Of a stretch of DNA of 20,000 nucleotides, positions 17,117 through 20,000 are shown piece after piece (the stretch's first letter is position 1; each line of letters starts with the position of its first letter). The stretch spans positions 51,437 through 71,436 of the forward strand of contig REDG01000035.1 of the NCBI GenBank assembly GCA_007693605.1. Direction: 5' to 3'. The DNA comes from Bradymonadales bacterium (GTDB lineage Bacteria > Bdellovibrionota > UBA2394). The notes under the pieces are model-generated. The model ran no database searches, was not told the origin of the DNA, and worked only from the letters and a program-made list of their open reading frames with translations. A program made the position numbers and the translations under genes.

Positions 17117-18344
17117 AGCTCTCAACTCCCTGAACAGAAACTCCTGCCCTGCTCCCTTCTCCGTCGAAGGAGCGATTGAGATTTTGCCAGTGAAACTGCA
17201 GCAACAGGCTTGTGTTGGGAATGTCGACCCCATCGAGATTCCACTCCAATTCAGAGCCAAAAGAGATTTGCATCATGCTGCGTTTCGGAGAGCCAGTTCG
17301 CACAAGACTGTCGTCTGCCGCGACTCCCGTATTAAACTCCTGAAATCCAGCTAGACTGTGAATTTGAGCGAAGGCGATCCACTTCCATTGCTGCGGAAGT
17401 CTGAGCTCAAATCCGGCATTGGCTTCGAGTGCATAAGACCAGTGGCTAAAAAACAGGGGAGTCACTCCATCTCGATCGGCTAAGGAGTTTACATTGAAAT
17501 ATTGGAGGCGCGGTCCAGCTTCTAAAAACAGCTCCATGGGTATTCTTTCGCCAATGCCGGTCGAGACTTTGCTCAGAAGCCTAAGTTCATGCCACTGGCC
17601 CAGCAGTCTTGACGCGTCGAAATTGTCAGAGCCTGCAAGAGGGCTATCAATATAGAGAAAGCGGTATTGAGTGCGAAGACTCCCAGCAATCCGACCCAGC
17701 CGAAAGGCTTCATGGCGGTGGGCGTCGATTTGAAGGCCGAAGCCGACCAGGTCGTAAGAGAGAAAGCTGTCGTTCGAGAGTTGGCCGCCCGGGAGTCGAG
17801 ACTTCAAGCTCTCGCGAAGCTCTCCGACCAAGAGTGAGCCCGAAAGGGCCCAGTTTCTCTCTCGAGTGTCGGGCCTTCGAGATCGAACTTCAGCGCCTCG
17901 ATCGAGGGCTGCTCGGCCTTCGCGAAAGCCAGGCAATTGGTCGAGTGTTTCAGGAAAGCTTCGTCTGTCCTCTCGTCTTGAGCCCCGCTCTCTTTGGCCG
18001 GCTCTAAAGCGCTGGTCGCGCACTCCAATGGATGGAGCGGAATCAGAGTCGCTGGCCAAAAGCCCCTCCACAAGCGTCCAACCTTCAAAGGGAAATCCTT
18101 CGTTCAAGAGAAAACGGACGCGTGCATAAGCGCCCTGCACCTCAAAAACTTGAAGCTCCTGCCCCCGTCGAAGCAAAGCCAGCTTTTGAGAGCGCCGATC
18201 AGGCTCCTGCAATAGATCCAGCCGTTCTGCTCGCACAATCGCTCTTCTTGAGGCCTCTTGGCCCTTCGTTTCAGAAGCGATAGTCGATGCGAGCAAAAGC
18301 GCTGTGAGTAAGCAGGCGATTTTGTAAAGAGTGGTCTCTTTCAT
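17070..18344 (-). CDS. Exported protein: signal peptide, SH3b-like domain, Arg-rich linker, outer-membrane beta-barrel
   Basis: Hydrophobic N-terminus; LLQEPDRRSQKLALLRRGQELQVFEVQGAYARV...EGW is SH3b-like; alternating amphipathic strands; ends LGLGAQYRF (beta-signal). Confidence 0.7.
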   Translation of the reverse strand: MKETTLYKIACLLTALLLASTIASETKGQEASRRAIVRAERLDLLQEPDRRSQKLALLRRGQELQVFEVQGAYARVRFLLNEGFPFEGWTLVEGLLASDSDSAPSIGVRDQRFRAGQRERGSRREDRRSFPETLDQLPGFREGRAALDRGAEVRSRRPDTRERNWALSGSLLVGELRESLKSRLPGGQLSNDSFLSYDLVGFGLQIDAHRHEAFRLGRIAGSLRTQYRFLYIDSPLAGSDNFDASRLLGQWHELRLLSKVSTGIGERIPMELFLEAGPRLQYFNVNSLADRDGVTPLFFSHWSYALEANAGFELRLPQQWKWIAFAQIHSLAGFQEFNTGVAADDSLVRTGSPKRSMMQISFGSELEWNLDGVDIPNTSLLLQFHWQNLNRSFDGEGSRAGVSVQGVESSSRLVSLGLGAQYRF

Positions 18345-19896
18345 AAGCTAAATCGTAACGCAGTCGACCCAAAAGGTTCTGTCGAATCTGATAGCTGGCT
18401 CCGAGTCCGGCATAAAAATCAAGAGTCGTCTCACGATTGCCGTCGGCTGCGGGCACAGAACTGGGGATCTCTCGGCTACTTCTCACCGCCTGAAAGTCAA
18501 AGTCGAGAAGCCAGTTCTCATTGAGTGCATAACTTAGATTCTGCCAGATGTCTTGCGAGCGAGAGAGATAGTGCTTTCGGTAGGTGATTCTCGATTCTGT
18601 ATCGATCTTCGATCCGATTTGGGCGCGAAGTCCGGCCGCCACCTGGTAGGCCGTGGGGCTTGTGAGTAGGCGGACATTTTCGGGGGCCTCGTCTCGATCC
18701 TCTTTGTCGAAGGGCAGGTCAGGATTATTGAGCTGCTGTTTGTTCGGGTCAAATGTTCGTCGCTCCAGCCGACTGCGCTGATAAATTTCAATTTGAGGAC
18801 TTAGTTTAAGAGCGGCGCGAAAATCTGCACGATAGCGATGCGAGCGATCAAGGCTTAAGCCGACTCGGTCGGCTTGAATGTCATCAAGAATCGGATTGCG
18901 AACGGAGTCTTCGATCAAAAATCGATCGATTCGAAACTGGGTCAGAGCCAAGCTCAAATTAACTCGAGGCTGAGGTCGAAACAGAGTCTGAAGACTCAAA
19001 TAGCCACTCTTTAAAGCTCCACTGTCGCCTTTGGCCGGCAGCTCGGTGGTTGAGCTTAGAATTAAACTCAACTCTCGCAGAGGAGTGAAATGACTTCGAG
19101 TCTGTAGGCTCAGCCGATTTAAGTCGCCCTTGAAGGTTTCGCCGACCAGAGTCGAATCGAAGAAAAACTTGCTCTCAGAGGTCTGCGAGAAGTCACTGAT
19201 CCACTGAAAATTCAATCCAAAGACCAATCGGTCCTGAGAGACTTTTTTGGTTACAGGCTGAGGAGCCAAACCAAAAAAACCGCCGACACTTTTGCTGTTG
19301 GGTCGAGTGGAGGGGCCAAAGAAGTACTTCAGGCTGAGACCATCCACAATCGCACCCGCCCCCAAGGCCCTTCGACCGAGACTCACTTGAAAGGGAATGC
19401 GCCCATCGAGATTTTCATATTGAAGATAGAGATTGGAAAACTGATAGAAGGGTCGATTGGTTCCGTAGAGACTTCGGTCGTTCATAAGGGACTGGCTGAG
19501 TCGGCCGTTGATTTTCAGGCTGAACCGATCCTTTTTAAGTTCTGAGCTGAGATGCAGATTCGAATAAAGACTAGAGCCGATCTGTCGAATGCTCGTTGGG
19601 TCTCCCTCTTCTGAAAATCTTTCAAGAACCAGCTCATCTCCTCGCAGTACTCGCTGGCGGCAGCAGCGAGCGGAGCAGTCTACGGCATCAATCTCCTTTC
19701 CAAAGACAATTTGAATGAGCTCACCGGGGTCACTACAGTTGCCGTTGGTGTAGACCTCAAAAACGCTGGTGGATTCAAAGTTATCGAGAAGATATAGAAG
19801 CGAGCCTGAGACCCGTCCTTTAGCGGAGAAGTCAGCCCAGACGGCTGATTGAAAGGAGCCGAAGACGAGAACGCTCAAGAAGAGAGCTCGAATCAT
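18271..19896 (-). CDS. Uncharacterised outer-membrane beta-barrel protein, 541 aa
   Basis: Signal peptide ending AVWA, many amphipathic strands (SLGR, DGLSLKY, AGLGASYQI), ends ARIDYRF. Confidence 0.75.
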   Translation of the reverse strand: MIRALFLSVLVFGSFQSAVWADFSAKGRVSGSLLYLLDNFESTSVFEVYTNGNCSDPGELIQIVFGKEIDAVDCSARCCRQRVLRGDELVLERFSEEGDPTSIRQIGSSLYSNLHLSSELKKDRFSLKINGRLSQSLMNDRSLYGTNRPFYQFSNLYLQYENLDGRIPFQVSLGRRALGAGAIVDGLSLKYFFGPSTRPNSKSVGGFFGLAPQPVTKKVSQDRLVFGLNFQWISDFSQTSESKFFFDSTLVGETFKGDLNRLSLQTRSHFTPLRELSLILSSTTELPAKGDSGALKSGYLSLQTLFRPQPRVNLSLALTQFRIDRFLIEDSVRNPILDDIQADRVGLSLDRSHRYRADFRAALKLSPQIEIYQRSRLERRTFDPNKQQLNNPDLPFDKEDRDEAPENVRLLTSPTAYQVAAGLRAQIGSKIDTESRITYRKHYLSRSQDIWQNLSYALNENWLLDFDFQAVRSSREIPSSVPAADGNRETTLDFYAGLGASYQIRQNLLGRLRYDLAYERDHSLQNRLLTHSAFARIDYRF

Positions 19897-19901
19897 TGTA
19901 T

Positions 19902-20000
<99 letters not shown>

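Overview
Core chromosomal region of a diderm bacterium, about 50% GC. The HU, PilZ-like and PrkA sequences weakly suggest a former-Deltaproteobacteria lineage (Bdellovibrionota/Myxococcota-like); this is inference only. Gene order: 5'-truncated secA; an AT-richer DUF6516 + HTH two-gene islet (probable toxin-antitoxin pair); a stop/start-coupled gap-pgk-tpiA-secG-murB operon; on the minus strand an Rsm22/METTL17-family methyltransferase and lepB; a degenerate PilZ-like gene coupled to xth; the minus-strand prkA(yeaG)-yeaH-spoVR(ycgB) operon; HU; an MtnX-like HAD phosphatase; and two overlapping, uncharacterised outer-membrane beta-barrel genes. The last ~100 nt are a poly-G sequencing artefact. 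I found no tRNA, rRNA, CRISPR array, integrase or transposase. The least explained signals are: (i) long imperfect fold-back structures in most intergenic gaps, especially 8988-9311 and 10724-10897; (ii) a 74-nt dual-coding overlap joining a beta-signal and a signal peptide; (iii) apparent leaderless promoters; (iv) a bacterial METTL17-like protein keeping its Cys motif; (v) strong TCGA enrichment. All family calls come from motif recognition by eye and all RNA pairings were worked out by hand; no searches were run.
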